From the NCBI GenBank assembly GCA_032718475.1, contig JAUCBJ010001213.1, positions 10,439 through 74,438 on the forward strand: DNA of 64,000 bases, in the 5' to 3' direction. Shown here piece after piece: positions 49,450 to 62,557 of the stretch (positions are counted from its first letter, which is position 1; the number at the start of each line of letters is the position of its first letter). Under the pieces are notes generated by a model. It saw only the letters and a list, made by a program, of their open reading frames with translations. It was not told the origin of the DNA and searched no databases. The DNA comes from Nemertoderma westbladi (Eukaryota; Animalia; Xenacoelomorpha). Both the position numbers and the translations under genes were made by a program.

Positions 49450-50154
49450 CACTTAAAATATATGCCTCCTCGAGCACTAATCCCCTTCTGTCTCCTCCCT
49501 CTACTAACACTTACATTAAATGCCTCTCTCGCAGCACAAATCCCCTTCTGTATCCTCCCTCTACTAACACCTACATTATATACCTCTCTCGCAGCACTAA
49601 TCCCCTTCTGTCTCCTCCCTCTACTAACACTTACATGATATGCCTATCTCCTCGCAGCACTAATCCCCTTCTGTCTCCTCCCTCTACTAACACTTACATT
49701 ATACTCTCTCGCAGCACTAATCTCCTTCTGTCTCCTCCCTCTACTAACACTTACATTATATGCCTCTCTCGCAGCACTAATCCCCTTCTGTCTCCTCCCG
49801 CTACTAACACTTACATTATATGCCTCTCTCGCAGCACTAATCCCCTTCTGTATCCTCTCTCTACTAACACTTACATTAAGTGCCTCTCTCGCAGCACAAA
49901 TCCCCTTCTGTATCCTCCCTCTACTAACACCTACATTATATGCCCCTCTCGCAGCACTAATCCCCTTCTGTCTCCTCCCTCTACTAACACTTACATTATA
50001 TGCCTCTCTCGCAGCACTAATCCCCTTCTGTCTCCTCCTTCTACTAACACCTACATTATATGCCCCTCTCGCAGCACTAATCCCCTTCTGTCTCCTCCCT
50101 CTACTAACACTTACATTATATGCCTCTCTCGCAGCACTAATCTCCTTCTGTCTC
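49450..50154 (-). repeat. 60-bp tandem repeat (about 12 copies) made of 39 nt of cortactin exon end plus 21 nt of intron start, including the GTAAGT donor
   Basis: Unit on the - strand: AGACAGAAGGGGATTAGTGCTGCGAGAGAGGCATATAAT|GTAAGTGTTAGTAGAGGGAGG. Confidence 0.93.
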
Positions 50155-50342
50155 TTGCCAGCATTCCTCTCTTTCTCCCTATCCGCTTCCTCCGCCTGCT
50201 GTTTAGCAGCCTGATCGTCTTTCGCTAATGACTCGAATCTCTCTCGAATACTTCCCGTCGCGGCCGAGCGCTCTGCGATTCCCGGTTTGCAACTCCGAGA
50301 AGGAGGTTTACTACCTTGGGGTTCGTCGTAGCCGTGAGCCGC
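50115..50342 (-). CDS. CTTN: Cortactin exon: helical/coiled-coil region
   Basis: Acceptor CTTGTATTGCAG. Reads AAHGYDEPQ...GSIRERFESLAKDDQAAKQQAEEADREKER...AAREAYN (compare vertebrate cortactin SNIRANFENLAK), then first donor AAT|GTAAGT. 228 nt, phase 0-0. Confidence 0.88.
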
Positions 50343-50563
50343 CTGCAATACAAGTTGATAAGAGATATGTCGCTATGAGGCCGTGCAAGAAAACATATGG
50401 AGTTAATTGAAGACGAGAAAGCAACATATAAATAATAGATTTGGGAAAACTAGGATTCTAGGATGCATAATGGAAGACGAACAGATGTATGTAGGAAAAT
50501 GAAAGTAATAAAGATAGTTAATGTTTGATTATACCGGTTGTACCGATACGCATATTACAAATT

Positions 50564-50799
50564 GGGGTGTCGTTTCAGCCTTTTAACATATTAACTTAAT
50601 TTCGCGAATATTTAATTTCGGTATTCACAATTTAAGGTACCTTTTAAAGGAAAGTAACCGGTTATAATGGCAAGCTTTTATAACCTAAACAATAAACTAA
50701 ATTTAGGAACACGGCTTACAGTAAAATTTGTACTTCTAGGCACTAATTTTTCAATATTAATTTAACATTAACCCTATGAGAAGGCTGAAACGACACCCC
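50564..50799. mobile_element. 236-bp MITE with 19-bp perfect TIRs (GGGGTGTCGTTTCAGCCTT) flanked by AATT
   Basis: AATT-GGGGTGTCGTTTCAGCCTT at 50560-50582 and AAGGCTGAAACGACACCCC-AATT at 50781-50803, with an AT-rich interior. Confidence 0.75.
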
Positions 50800-51034
50800 A
50801 ATTGGGCTTTTGCTACCGGTACACCTATTTGCTATCTCCTGGTTCACTTATGTACAAAAAGGGTTTAGAGTGAGCGGGAAGTAAAATAGTTTGAGCGGAA
50901 TAAAATGTAACTATATATATTATATTACATATCTCACGGAGGTCGGAACACGGAGTGTGAATATACTTATGAACGAGCGAAGCGAATGGAATATTTAAAC
51001 GAGGGTCGCAGTGAGGTAAAGGTATTTTACAAAA

Positions 51035-54000
51035 TAACATATATTTCATTGATAGAGAGTAAACCTTGTCTGTTGGTTTCTGTAACATATATTTATTGAT
51101 TGAGAGTAAACCTTGTCTGTTGGTTTCTGTAACATATATTTATTGATAGAGAGTAAACCTTGTCTGTTGGTTTCTGTAACATATATTTATTGATTGAGAG
51201 TAAACCTTGTCTGTTGGTTTCTGTAACATATATTTCATTGATAGAGAGTAAACCTTGTCTGCTGGTTTCTGTAACATATATTTATTGATAGAGAGTAAAC
51301 CTTGTCTGTTGGTTTCTGTAACATATATTTATTGATAGAGAGTAAACCTTGTCTGTTGGTTTCTGTAACATATATTTTATTGATAGAGAGTAAACCTTGT
51401 CTGTTGGTTTCTGTAACATATATTTATTGATAGAGAGTAAACCTTGTCTGTTGGTTTCTGTAACATATATTTATTGATAGAGAGTAAACCTTGCCTGTTG
51501 GTTTCTGTAACATATATTTATTGATAGAGAGTAAACCTTGTCTGTTGGTTTCTGTAACATATATTTATTGATAGAGAGTAAACCTTGCCTGTTGGTTTCT
51601 GTAACATATATTTATTGATAGAGAGTAAACCTTGCCTGTTGGTTTCTGTAACATATATTTATTGATAGAGAGTAAACCTTGTCTGTTGGTTTCTGTAACA
51701 TATATTTATTGATAGAGAGTAAACCTTGCCTGTTGGTTTCTGTAACATATATTTATTGATAGAGAGTAAACCTTGTCTGTTGGTTTCTGTAACATATATT
51801 TATTGATAGAGAGTAAACCTTGTCTGTTGGTTTCTGTAACATATATTTATTGATAGAGAGTAAACCTTGTCTGTTGGTTTCTGTAACATATATTTTATTG
51901 ATAGAGAGTAAACCTTGTCTGTTGGTTTCTGTAACATATATTTATTGATAGAGAGTAAACCTTGTCTGTTGGTTTCTGTAACATATATTTATTGATAGAG
52001 AGTAAACCTTGTCTGTTGGTTTCTGTAACATATATTTATTGATAGAGAGTAAACCTTGTCTGTTGGTTTCTGTAACATATATTTATTGATAGAGAGTAAA
52101 CCTTGTCTGTTGGTTTCTGTAACATATATTTATTGATAGAGAGTAAACCTTGTCTGTTGGTTTCTGTAACATATATTTATTGATAGAGAGTAAACCTTGT
52201 CTGCTGGTTTCTGTAACATATATTTATTGATAGAGAGTAAACCTTGTCTGTTGGTTTCTGTAACATATATTTACTGATAGAGAGTAAACCTTGTCTGTTG
52301 GTTTCTGTAACATATATTTACTGATTGAGAGTAAACCTTGTCTGTTGGTTTCTGTAACATATATTTATTGATAGAGAGTAAACCTTGTCTGTTGGTTTCT
52401 GTAACATATATTTATTGATAGAGAGTAAACCTTGCCTGTTGGTTTCTGTAACATATATTTATTGATAGAGAGTAAACCTTGTCTGTTGGTTTCTGTAACA
52501 TATATTTATTGATAGAGAGTAAACCTTGTCTGTTGGTTTCTGTAACATATATTTATTGATAGAGAGTAAACCTTGTCTGTTGGTTTCTGTAACATATATT
52601 TATTGATGAGAGTAAACCTTGTCTGTTGGTTTCTGTAACATATATTTCATTGATAGAGAGTAAACCTTGTCTGTTGGTTTCTGTAACATATATTTATTGA
52701 TAGAGAGTAAACCTTGTCTGTTGGTTTCTGTAACATATATTTATTGATAGAGAGTAAACCTTGTCTGTTGGTTTCTGTAACATATATTTATTGATAGAGA
52801 GTAAACCTTGTCTGTTGGTTTCTGTAACATATATTTATTGATAGAGAGTAAACCTTGTCTGTTGGTTTCTGTAACATATATTTATTGATAGAGAGTAAAC
52901 CTTGTCTGTTGGTTTCTGTAACATATATTTATTGATAGAGAGTAAACCTTGTCTGTTGGTTTCTGTAACATATATTTCATTGATAGAGTGTAAACCTTGT
53001 CTGTTGGTTTCTGTAACATATATTTATTGATAGAGAGTAAACCTTGTCTGTTGGTTTCTGTAACATATATTTACTGATAGAGAGTAAACCTTGTCTGTTG
53101 GTTTCTGTAACATATATTTATTGATAGAGAGTAAACCTTGTCTGTTGGTTTCTGTAACATATATTTATTGATAGAGAGTAAACCTTGTCTGTTGGTTTCT
53201 GTAACATATATTTACTGATAGAGAGTAAACCTTGTCTGTTGGTTTCTGTAACATATATTTATTGATAGAGAGTAAACCTTGTCTGTTGGTTTCTGTAACA
53301 TATATTTACTGATAGAGAGTAAACCTTGTCTGTTGGTTTCTGTAACATATATTTACTGATAGAGAGTAAACCTTGTCTGTTGGTTTCTGTAACATATATT
53401 TATTGATAGAGAGTAAACCTTGTCTGTTGGTTTCTGTAACATATATTTATTGATAGAGAGTAAACCTTGTCTGTTGGTTTCTGTAACATATATTTCATTG
53501 ATAGAGAGTAAACCTTGTCTGTTGGTTTCTGTAACATATATTTCATTGATAGAGAGTAAACCTTGTCTGTTGGTTTCTGTAACATATATTTATTGATAGA
53601 GAGTAAACCTTGTCTGTTGGTTTCTGTAACATATATTTACTGATAGAGAGTAAACCTTGTCTGTTGGTTTCTGTAACATATATTTACTGATTGAGAGTAA
53701 ACCTTGTCTGTTGGTTTCTGTAACATATATTTATTGATAGAGAGTAAACCTTGTCTGTTGGTTTCTGTAACATATATTTCATTGATAGAGAGTAAACCTT
53801 GTCTGTTGGTTTCTGTAACATATATTTATTGATAGAGAGTAAACCTTGTCTGTTGGTTTCTGTAACATATATTTACTGATAGAGAGTAAACCTTGTCTGT
53901 TGGTTTCTGTAACATATATTTACTGATAGAGAGTAAACCTTGTCTGTTGGTTTCTGTAACATATATTTTATTGATAGAGAGTAAACCTTGTCTGTTGGTT

Positions 54001-55730
54001 TCTGTAACATATATTTATTGATAGAGAGTAAACCTTGTCTGTTGGTTTCTGTAACATATATTTACTGATTGAGAGTAAACCTTGTCTGTTGGTTTCTGTA
54101 ACATATATTTATTGATAGAGAGTAAACCTTGTCTGTTGGTTTCTGTAACATATATTTACTGATAGAGAGTAAACCTTGTCTGTTGGTTTCTGTAACATAT
54201 ATTTACTGATAGAGAGTAAACCTTGTCTGTTGGTTTCTGTAACATATATTTATTGATAAGAGAGTAAACCTTGTCTGTTGGTTTCTGTAACATATATTTA
54301 TTGATAGAGAGTAAACCTTGTCTGTTGGTTTCTGTAACATATATTTCATTGATAGAGAGTAAACCTTGTCTGTTGGTTTCTGTAACATATATTTCATTGA
54401 TAGAGAGTAAACCTTGTCTGTTGGTTTCTGTAACATATATTTATTGATAGAGAGTAAACCTTGTCTGTTGGTTTCTGTAACATATATTTACTGATAGAGA
54501 GTAAACCTTGTCTGTTGGTTTCTGTAACATATATTTACTGATTGAGAGTAAACCTTGTCTGTTGGTTTCTGTAACATATATTTATTGATAGAGAGTAAAC
54601 CTTGTCTGTTGGTTTCTGTAACATATATTTCATTGATAGAGAGTAAACCTTGTCTGTTGGTTTCTGTAACATATATTTATTGATAGAGAGTAAACCTTGT
54701 CTGTTGGTTTCTGTAACATATATTTACTGATAGAGAGTAAACCTTGTCTGTTGGTTTCTGTAACATATATTTACTGATAGAGAGTAAACCTTGTCTGTTG
54801 GTTTCTGTAACATATATTTTATTGATAGAGAGTAAACCTTGTCTGTTGGTTTCTGTAACATATATTTATTGATAGAGAGTAAACCTTGTCTGTTGGTTTC
54901 TGTAACATATATTTACTGATTGAGAGTAAACCTTGTCTGTTGGTTTCTGTAACATATATTTATTGATAGAGAGTAAACCTTGTCTGTTGGTTTCTGTAAC
55001 ATATATTTACTGATAGAGAGTAAACCTTGTCTGTTGGTTTCTGTAACATATATTTACTGATAGAGAGTAAACCTTGTCTGTTGGTTTCTGTAACATATAT
55101 TTTATTGATAGAGAGTAAACCTTGTCTGTTGGTTTCTGTAACATATATTTATTGATAGAGAGTAAACCTTGTCTGTTGGTTTCTGTAACATATATTTACT
55201 GATTGAGAGTAAACCTTGTCTGTTGGTTTCTGTAACATATATTTACTGATTGAGAGTAAACCTTGTCTGTTGGTTTCTGTAACATATATTTATTGATAGA
55301 GAGTAAATCTTGTCTGTTGGTTTCTGTAACATATATTTATTGATTGAGAGTAAACCTTGTCTGTTGGTTTCTGTAACATATATTTCATTGATAGAGAGTA
55401 AACCTTGTCTGCTGGTTTCTGTAACATATATTTATTGATAGAGAGTAAACCTTGTCTGTTGGTTTCTGTAACATATATTTACTGATAGAGAGTAAACCTT
55501 GTCTGTTGGTTTCTGTAACATATATTTACTGATTGAGAGTAAACCTTGTCTGTTGGTTTCTGTAACATATATTTATTGATAGAGAGTAAACCTTGTCTGT
55601 TGGTTTCTGTAACATATATTTATTGATAGAGAGTAAACCTTGTCTGTTGGTTTCTGTAACATATATTTATTGATAGAGAGTAAACCTTGTCTGCTGGTTT
55701 CTGTAACATATATTTCATTGATAGAGAGTA
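51035..55730 (-). repeat. 47-bp splice-junction minisatellite, exon-distal and more variable part (about 100 copies)
   Basis: Unit on the + strand: GATAGAGAGTAAACCTTGTCTGTTGGTTTCTGTAACATATATTTATT. Frequent TTACTG, TTCATTG, GATTGAG and GCCTG variants. Confidence 0.97.
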
Positions 55731-57871
55731 CTACTACTACTACTACTAGGATCGGCATGCTGCATTGCAGCTGCATTTTTAAGAATGCTGTGCCGGCTTG
55801 TCAACAAAATTGCACCGCCACAACTCCCTATCACCCATGACATTTGCTAGATCATCCACATCTTTAAGGCCAGTGTCCTTTAAGATGCGTCTCAAGAAAG
55901 TCATGGGCTGTCCACCATGCTTATTCACTCCATGAGGCTGCCAAAGTACAAGATTATGCACTGGCTGGTCCTCACGGCGAAAGCAATGTCCTGCAAAGCG
56001 GAGGCGATTTTGTTCTAGTGTCAAGCTTGGGGGAACCAATGAGACACCTCCAATGTTATATAGTGTCTGGTTGGAGATGTGTGCATTGTACTTGACACAA
56101 TGTACCCGGCGTAGCATTCTTGTGAATGTGCCATCCAGAGATTTGGTGTCCTCAGCAGTTAGAGCCCAGCATGGACTCCCGTAGAGGAGTACTGGAACTA
56201 CTGCTGCTCTAAATAATCGGACCTTAAGTTTCCGATTAATTCTAGGTGACTTCCAAATCCTGGAAAGCCTATTCAAGGCTGCCCATGCCTTTCCCTTACG
56301 TATTCGAAGGTCCTCACCTGACTTCCGGATCCATGATCCCAGGTAACAGAAGTCGTCCACATGCTCAAGCATACCATCCTTTGAGCTTATGCTCATCCGA
56401 TCAGAGACTTGCTGAGGACTTTCAAAGTTAACTGTCAGAATTTTGGTCTTTCTGGAGTTAATAAAAAGACCAACACTAGAAGCAGCATGTTCTAATGAGC
56501 TGAGGAGCCGCTGGGCTCCCTCTAATGATTCTGAGAGTACTCCTAAGTCATCAGCAAAGTCTAGATCAGTTAGGTACTTGGCAGGATTTCCTCGACTTCT
56601 GGAGCCAGTAGGTGGAGTTATCATCACCCCATCATCATTATGATGATCTAAGGACATGCGTAGAACATAGTCAACCACAATAATGAACAAGAATGGTGCA
56701 AGTGTGTCTCCTTGGAGGACGCCCCATAACACTTCAAATGGTTCTGTGTCACCATCAACAGTAGACACAAATGTTGTCGAACCATCGTATACTGATCTGA
56801 TTGCTGCAATAATTTCATCAGGAATCCCATATAATGAAAGTATGCTGAACATACGTGAGCGAGAGACTGAATCAAAGGCCTTGAAGAAGTCAACAAAGAT
56901 AACAGCCAGATGCCTGTCTTTCTTTTTTGATAACTCTTCAATTATCCTTCTAAGTGCCAAAATGGGCTCCATGGTCCCACGACCTTTACGGAACCCATTC
57001 TGATTTCCACGTAGAAGTCTCTCAATGGGATCCCTGATGCGATTTAATAGAATTCTATTGTATAGTTTTGCAGCAATCGAGATCAATGAGATTCCCCGAA
57101 AAGAACCATAGAGTGTTAGGTTGCCCTTCTTGGGAACTGGCACCAACTTATTTGTTTTCATTTCTTGTGGGACTCGTGTTGTACGGTACATGTCTACTAT
57201 GATGGGATAGATGAGCTTTAAACACTCAGGTATTTTAAAGACCTCAGGGGGAACACCATCTACTCCACTGGCACGATTGGTCTTAATGCTCTTTGCAGCA
57301 GCCTTCACTTCTGCAAAGGAGATATCGCCAATGGGAATATCTGGGAGTACAGACTCAGACACTTTTACTTCTATAAAGTTATCAGGCAATACCCTGTCAT
57401 TATTGAGGAGCTTTTCAAAGTGGGCTTTCCAACCATTGAGGCGATCGGCTGGTGATTCAGCCTTAACCTTGGTGGTTGGTTGGCTTTTCCGCCCAGTAAG
57501 CAGATTGATCGATTTCCATGCCTGGGATGATTGCCTGCTGTCGTCAGCATCATTGATGGCATCAACCTGTTGGTTTATTAGCTCCTGTAGATTAACAGAG
57601 TACTGCCTGTTCAGGGACCTAGATGCAGCTTTAACTGCATTCTTGGCCGCTGTAGTCTGTTTGAGTCGGGACTCTTTCTGCGCCTTATGAAGGTCATTTC
57701 GGCACTTCTGAATTTTGTTGTCAGTCCAGGGGGCCCTTTTCCTGTTTCGAGGGTATACAGGAACTGTTTCTGCAGCTGCTAACTTAACTGCTTCTGTAAA
57801 GGCAGTATAGCCCTCACAGTGATCTGCCGCCTCAGAGGCAAGAGCCTCATACCTGTTGCTCAGCTGTAGTG
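55731..57871 (-). mobile_element. 5'-truncated RTE-like non-LTR retrotransposon with (TAG)n tail and a ~12-bp target-site duplication
   Basis: (CTA)n at 55731-55748 on + is a (TAG)n 3' tail. TGATAGAGAGTA flanks both ends (55719-55730 and 57872-57883) and is present once per satellite unit. The RT ORF lies inside. Confidence 0.9.
55779..57871 (-). CDS. Reverse transcriptase ORF of the RTE-like LINE (endonuclease part lost by 5' truncation)
   Basis: Motifs KKGNLT...FRGISLIS, QNGFRKGRGT, FVDFFKAFDSV, GVLQGDTLAPFLF, DLDFADDL, FCYLGS, LLYGS..W and RLRFAGH. The frame appears to extend upstream of the track start (LQLSNRYEAL at the truncation point). Confidence 0.9.
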
Positions 57872-60800
57872 TGATAGAGAGTAAACCTTGTCTGTTGGTT
57901 TCTGTAACATATATTTATTGATAGAGAGTAAACCTTGTCTGTTGGTTTCTGTAACATATATTTATTGATAGAGAGTAAACCTTGTCTGTTGGTTTCTGTA
58001 ACATATATTTATTGATAGAGAGTAAACCTTGTCTGTTGGTTTCTGTAACATATATTTATTGATAGAGAGTAAACCTTGTCTGTTGGTTTCTGTAACATAT
58101 ATTTATTGATAGAGAGTAAACCTTGTCTGTTGGTTTCTGTAACATATATTTATTGATAGAGAGTAAACCTTGTCTGTTGGTTTCTGTAACATATATTTAT
58201 TGATAGAGAGTAAACCTTGTCTGTTGGTTTCTGTAACATATATTTATTGATAGAGAGTAAACCTTGTCTGTTGGTTTCTGTAACATATATTTATTGATAG
58301 AGAGTAAACCTTGTCTGTTGGTTTCTGTAACATATATTTATTGATAGAGAGTAAACCTTGTCTGTTGGTTTCTGTAACATATATTTATTGATAGAGAGTA
58401 AACCTTGTCTGTTGGTTTCTGTAACATATATTTATTGATAGAGAGTAAACCTTGTCTGTTGGTTTCTGTAACATATATTTATTGATAGAGAGTAAACCTT
58501 GTCTGTTGGTTTCTGTAACATATATTTATTGATAGAGAGTAAACCTTGTCTGTTGGTTTCTGTAACATATATTTATTGATAGAGAGTAAACCTTGTCTGT
58601 TGGTTTCTGTAACATATATTTATTGATAGAGAGTAAACCTTGTCTGTTGGTTTCTGTAACATATATTTATTGATAGAGAGTAAACCTTGTCTGTTGGTTT
58701 CTGTAACATATATTTATTGATAGAGAGTAAACCTTGTCTGTTGGTTTCTGTAACATATATTTATTGATAGAGAGTAAACCTTGTCTGTTGGTTTCTGTAA
58801 CATATATTTATTGATAGAGAGTAAACCTTGTCTGTTGGTTTCTGTAACATATATTTATTGATAGAGAGTAAACCTTGTCTGTTGGTTTCTGTAACATATA
58901 TTTATTGATAGAGAGTAAACCTTGTCTGTTGGTTTCTGTAACATATATTTATTGATAGAGAGTAAACCTTGTCTGTTGGTTTCTGTAACATATATTTATT
59001 GATAGAGAGTAAACCTTGTCTGTTGGTTTCTGTAACATATATTTATTGATAGAGAGTAAACCTTGTCTGTTGGTTTCTGTAACATATATTTATTGATAGA
59101 GAGTAAACCTTGTCTGTTGGTTTCTGTAACATATATTTATTGATAGAGAGTAAACCTTGTCTGTTGGTTTCTGTAACATATATTTATTGATAGAGAGTAA
59201 ACCTTGTCTGTTGGTTTCTGTAACATATATTTATTGATAGAGAGTAAACCTTGTCTGTTGGTTTCTGTAACATATATTTATTGATAGAGAGTAAACCTTG
59301 TCTGTTGGTTTCTGTAACATATATTTATTGATAGAGAGTAAACCTTGTCTGTTGGTTTCTGTAACATATATTTATTGATAGAGAGTAAACCTTGTCTGTT
59401 GGTTTCTGTAACATATATTTATTGATAGAGAGTAAACCTTGTCTGTTGGTTTCTGTAACATATATTTATTGATAGAGAGTAAACCTTGTCTGTTGGTTTC
59501 TGTAACATATATTTATTGATAGAGAGTAAACCTTGTCTGTTGGTTTCTGTAACATATATTTATTGATAGAGAGTAAACCTTGTCTGTTGGTTTCTGTAAC
59601 ATATATTTATTGATAGAGAGTAAACCTTGTCTGTTGGTTTCTGTAACATATATTTATTGATAGAGAGTAAACCTTGTCTGTTGGTTTCTGTAACATATAT
59701 TTATTGATAGAGAGTAAACCTTGTCTGTTGGTTTCTGTAACATATATTTATTGATAGAGAGTAAACCTTGTCTGTTGGTTTCTGTAACATATATTTATTG
59801 ATAGAGAGTAAACCTTGTCTGTTGGTTTCTGTAACATATATTTATTGATAGAGAGTAAACCTTGTCTGTTGGTTTCTGTAACATATATTTATTGATAGAG
59901 AGTAAACCTTGTCTGTTGGTTTCTGTAACATATATTTATTGATAGAGAGTAAACCTTGTCTGTTGGTTTCTGTAACATATATTTATTGATAGAGAGTAAA
60001 CCTTGTCTGTTGGTTTCTGTAACATATATTTATTGATAGAGAGTAAACCTTGTCTGTTGGTTTCTGTAACATATATTTATTGATAGAGAGTAAACCTTGT
60101 CTGTTGGTTTCTGTAACATATATTTATTGATAGAGAGTAAACCTTGTCTGTTGGTTTCTGTAACATATATTTATTGATAGAGAGTAAACCTTGTCTGTTG
60201 GTTTCTGTAACATATATTTATTGATAGAGAGTAAACCTTGTCTGTTGGTTTCTGTAACATATATTTATTGATAGAGAGTAAACCTTGTCTGTTGGTTTCT
60301 GTAACATATATTTATTGATAGAGAGTAAACCTTGTCTGTTGGTTTCTGTAACATATATTTATTGATAGAGAGTAAACCTTGTCTGTTGGTTTCTGTAACA
60401 TATATTTATTGATAGAGAGTAAACCTTGTCTGTTGGTTTCTGTAACATATATTTATTGATAGAGAGTAAACCTTGTCTGTTGGTTTCTGTAACATATATT
60501 TATTGATAGAGAGTAAACCTTGTCTGTTGGTTTCTGTAACATATATTTATTGATAGAGAGTAAACCTTGTCTGTTGGTTTCTGTAACATATATTTATTGA
60601 TAGAGAGTAAACCTTGTCTGTTGGTTTCTGTAACATATATTTATTGATAGAGAGTAAACCTTGTCTGTTGGTTTCTGTAACATATATTTATTGATAGAGA
60701 GTAAACCTTGTCTGTTGGTTTCTGTAACATATATTTATTGATAGAGAGTAAACCTTGTCTGTTGGTTTCTGTAACATATATTTATTGATAGAGAGTAAAC

Positions 60801-62557
60801 CTTGTCTGTTGGTTTCTGTAACATATATTTATTGATAGAGAGTAAACCTTGTCTGTTGGTTTCTGTAACATATATTTATTGATAGAGAGTAAACCTTGTC
60901 TGTTGGTTTCTGTAACATATATTTATTGATAGAGAGTAAACCTTGTCTGTTGGTTTCTGTAACATATATTTATTGATAGAGAGTAAACCTTGTCTGTTGG
61001 TTTCTGTAACATATATTTATTGATAGAGAGTAAACCTTGTCTGTTGGTTTCTGTAACATATATTTATTGATAGAGAGTAAACCTTGTCTGTTGGTTTCTG
61101 TAACATATATTTATTGATAGAGAGTAAACCTTGTCTGTTGGTTTCTGTAACATATATTTATTGATAGAGAGTAAACCTTGTCTGTTGGTTTCTGTAACAT
61201 ATATTTATTGATAGAGAGTAAACCTTGTCTGTTGGTTTCTGTAACATATATTTATTGATAGAGAGTAAACCTTGTCTGTTGGTTTCTGTAACATATATTT
61301 ATTGATAGAGAGTAAACCTTGTCTGTTGGTTTCTGTAACATATATTTATTGATAGAGAGTAAACCTTGTCTGTTGGTTTCTGTAACATATATTTATTGAT
61401 AGAGAGTAAACCTTGTCTGTTGGTTTCTGTAACATATATTTATTGATAGAGAGTAAACCTTGTCTGTTGGTTTCTGTAACATATATTTATTGATAGAGAG
61501 TAAACCTTGTCTGTTGGTTTCTGTAACATATATTTATTGATAGAGAGTAAACCTTGTCTGTTGGTTTCTGTAACATATATTTATTGATAGAGAGTAAACC
61601 TTGTCTGTTGGTTTCTGTAACATATATTTATTGATAGAGAGTAAACCTTGTCTGTTGGTTTCTGTAACATATATTTATTGATAGAGAGTAAACCTTGTCT
61701 GTTGGTTTCTGTAACATATATTTATTGATAGAGAGTAAACCTTGTCTGTTGGTTTCTGTAACATATATTTATTGATAGAGAGTAAACCTTGTCTGTTGGT
61801 TTCTGTAACATATATTTATTGATAGAGAGTAAACCTTGTCTGTTGGTTTCTGTAACATATATTTATTGATAGAGAGTAAACCTTGTCTGTTGGTTTCTGT
61901 AACATATATTTATTGATAGAGAGTAAACCTTGTCTGTTGGTTTCTGTAACATATATTTATTGATAGAGAGTAAACCTTGTCTGTTGGTTTCTGTAACATA
62001 TATTTATTGATAGAGAGTAAACCTTGTCTGTTGGTTTCTGTAACATATATTTATTGATAGAGAGTAAACCTTGTCTGTTGGTTTCTGTAACATATATTTA
62101 TTGATAGAGAGTAAACCTTGTCTGTTGGTTTCTGTAACATATATTTATTGATAGAGAGTAAACCTTGTCTGTTGGTTTCTGTAACATATATTTATTGATA
62201 GAGAGTAAACCTTGTCTGTTGGTTTCTGTAACATATATTTATTGATAGAGAGTAAACCTTGTCTGTTGGTTTCTGTAACATATATTTATTGATAGAGAGT
62301 AAACCTTGTCTGTTGGTTTCTGTAACATATATTTATTGATAGAGAGTAAACCTTGTCTGTTGGTTTCTGTAACATATATTTATTGATAGAGAGTAAACCT
62401 TGTCTGTTGGTTTCTGTAACATATATTTATTGATAGAGAGTAAACCTTGTCTGTTGGTTTCTGTAACATATATTTATTGATAGAGAGTAAACCTTGTCTG
62501 TTGGTTTCTGTAACATATATTTATTGATAGAGAGTAAACCTTGTCTGTTGGTTTCTG
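57872..62557 (-). repeat. 47-bp splice-junction minisatellite, exon-proximal and homogeneous part (about 100 copies)
   Basis: Same unit, with no variants that I could see. It merges with the last 18 nt of cortactin exon 62703-62540. Confidence 0.97.

Noticed and set aside
49356-50228. 290-aa + strand ORF (STNPLLSPPSTNTYIICLSR repeats)
   Set aside because: Antisense reading of the 60-bp cortactin donor repeat.
28691-62557. CRISPR-like regular repeats
   Set aside because: Head-to-tail units without unique spacers, no cas genes, and a eukaryotic intron context.
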